From: Bacteroidales bacterium
Lineage (GTDB): Bacteria > Bacteroidota > Bacteroidia > Bacteroidales > F082
Length of the DNA stretch: 64,000 bases
Assembly (NCBI GenBank): GCA_045613105.1
Contig: JAZLAI010000017.1
Location: 43,497-107,496, forward strand
Reading direction: 5' to 3'
Positions 62,964 through 64,000 of the stretch are shown here, piece by piece. The notes beneath the pieces are model-generated. The model saw only the letters and a list, made by a program, of their open reading frames with translations, had not been told where the DNA came from and did no database searches. The translations under genes were made by a program, and so were the position numbers. Each line of letters starts with the position of its first letter. Position 1 is the first letter of the stretch.

Positions 62964-64000
62964 TTAACAAAAATTTAATTTTATCACAACGCAAAATTCG
63001 ACATTATTATTGAGAATTTCAATATCCGTATTCCATTTTAACCTATAGCGTTCAGAAAGATTGGCAAGACCAATTCCATTGCCTTTGCTTGCATCTATCT
63101 TTGGCTGTATCTTATTACGGACGATGATCTTACGATTCTCATAGTCGGAACTGACATTGATAGCAAGCGGCATCTTGTCACTGATGACATTATGTTTTAT
63201 CGCGTTTTCTATTAGTACTTGCAGACTCAACGGAATAATCTTATCACGCAACATTCTCTCATCTATATCAAAATTTATTTTAAGATTATCTCCGTAACGT
63301 ATCTCCATAAGTTTGCAATAGGAATTGGCAAGACGTATCTCTTCTTCCAAAGTAACGTCTTCCTGATTTTGAAGAGAATATCTGAGTACTTTGGAGAGCT
63401 CCTGCACATAGTCCTTAGCCTTTTCCTTGTCAATCTCTATCAACGACTGTAGTGTATTTAGCGAATTGAAAAGAAAATGAGGATTCATCTGATTCTTCAA
63501 AATCTCATAACGTGTCACCAGATTTTCAGTTATAAGTGTCTCATTCTCGACAGCCATCCTGCGGCTTTTATAGTTAGACACCAAAAGCTGCCATGTAAAA
63601 ATCACAACCATTGTGACAAAGAAATCATTCATCAAACCATTTCTGTAGATATGGACTTTTCTGTTGATTGGAATCTGATGGTCTGCATGACCTAAAACAT
63701 AAGGATGCAATGCCGTGAAGATAAAACTCAACACCACTGTAATAGCCAAAGAGCCTACTATAATCATCAGGATACTTTTCCTGTTATTCTTCACGTTTTT
63801 TTGTATGTACATATTGTACATGAAAAGCACTAAAGCGAGCAGGAACGTTGACAGAACATTAAGCAGAAAACCATCAATATGAAAAGGAGGCCTCTTCTCA
63901 CCCATCTGCTGGAATATTATTCCTTCGCCGAACCGGAACGAGAGGAACATCACTAGGTGCATCAACACACTAATGGCTATAGACAGATATATAAGGAATT
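62964..64000 (-). CDS. LytS/YehU-type sensor histidine kinase (N-terminus beyond window end)
   Basis: MNPHFLFNSLNTLQSLI (His_kinase PF06580 pattern) and HATPase motifs IENAIKHN, GNGIGLANL. The frame stays open upstream of the GTG at 63968 to position 64000. Confidence 0.85.
   Translation of the reverse strand, partial: FLIYLSIAISVLMHLVMFLSFRFGEGIIFQQMGEKRPPFHIDGFLLNVLSTFLLALVLFMYNMYIQKNVKNNRKSILMIIVGSLAITVVLSFIFTALHPYVLGHADHQIPINRKVHIYRNGLMNDFFVTMVVIFTWQLLVSNYKSRRMAVENETLITENLVTRYEILKNQMNPHFLFNSLNTLQSLIEIDKEKAKDYVQELSKVLRYSLQNQEDVTLEEEIRLANSYCKLMEIRYGDNLKINFDIDERMLRDKIIPLSLQVLIENAIKHNVISDKMPLAINVSSDYENRKIIVRNKIQPKIDASKGNGIGLANLSERYRLKWNTDIEILNNNVEFCVVIKLNFC

Overview
AT-rich (roughly 38-40% GC by eye) chromosomal segment from an anaerobic member of Bacteroidota, probably Bacteroidales. 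It is dense, mostly core genome: about 40 protein genes, one tRNA-Thr, and no rRNA, CRISPR array, transposase or integrase. Recognisable content: rnpA/hemD-like/DUF4271, pta-ackA, queA, leuS, a PPi-type phosphofructokinase, ruvA-sprA-gcvH (sprA encodes the T9SS translocon), the [FeFe]-hydrogenase maturase operon hydE-hydG-hydF, and a LytS/LytTR two-component pair. The window is also very rich in secreted peptidases: two S8 subtilases, S46, DPP4/S9, an M49-like and an M50B-like enzyme, a thioester-less alpha-2-macroglobulin, and four proteins with T9SS C-terminal sorting domains. Many genes carry the Bacteroidota -7 promoter box TAnnTTTG and clean hairpin terminators. Three points are worth a second look. 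(1) LeuS carries an in-frame ~90-100 aa DUF559/Vsr-like endonuclease-fold module just before the KMSKS loop. (2) A small palindromic element family (GAGACGCAGCAAT...ATTGATRCGTCTCTAC) occurs at gene ends, once as a 69-bp tandem duplication and once embedded in-frame inside the alpha-2-macroglobulin gene, reminiscent of Rickettsia palindromic elements. (3) Heptanucleotide-periodic arrays (CTGTTG/CAACAG type and AAAGTC/AAAGAC type) recur in intergenic spacers just after stop codons and as in-frame 21-35 nt tracts inside four ORF positions, including perfect 3x7 repeats in an acyltransferase and a subtilase. All functional calls rest on motif recognition by eye; no searches were run.
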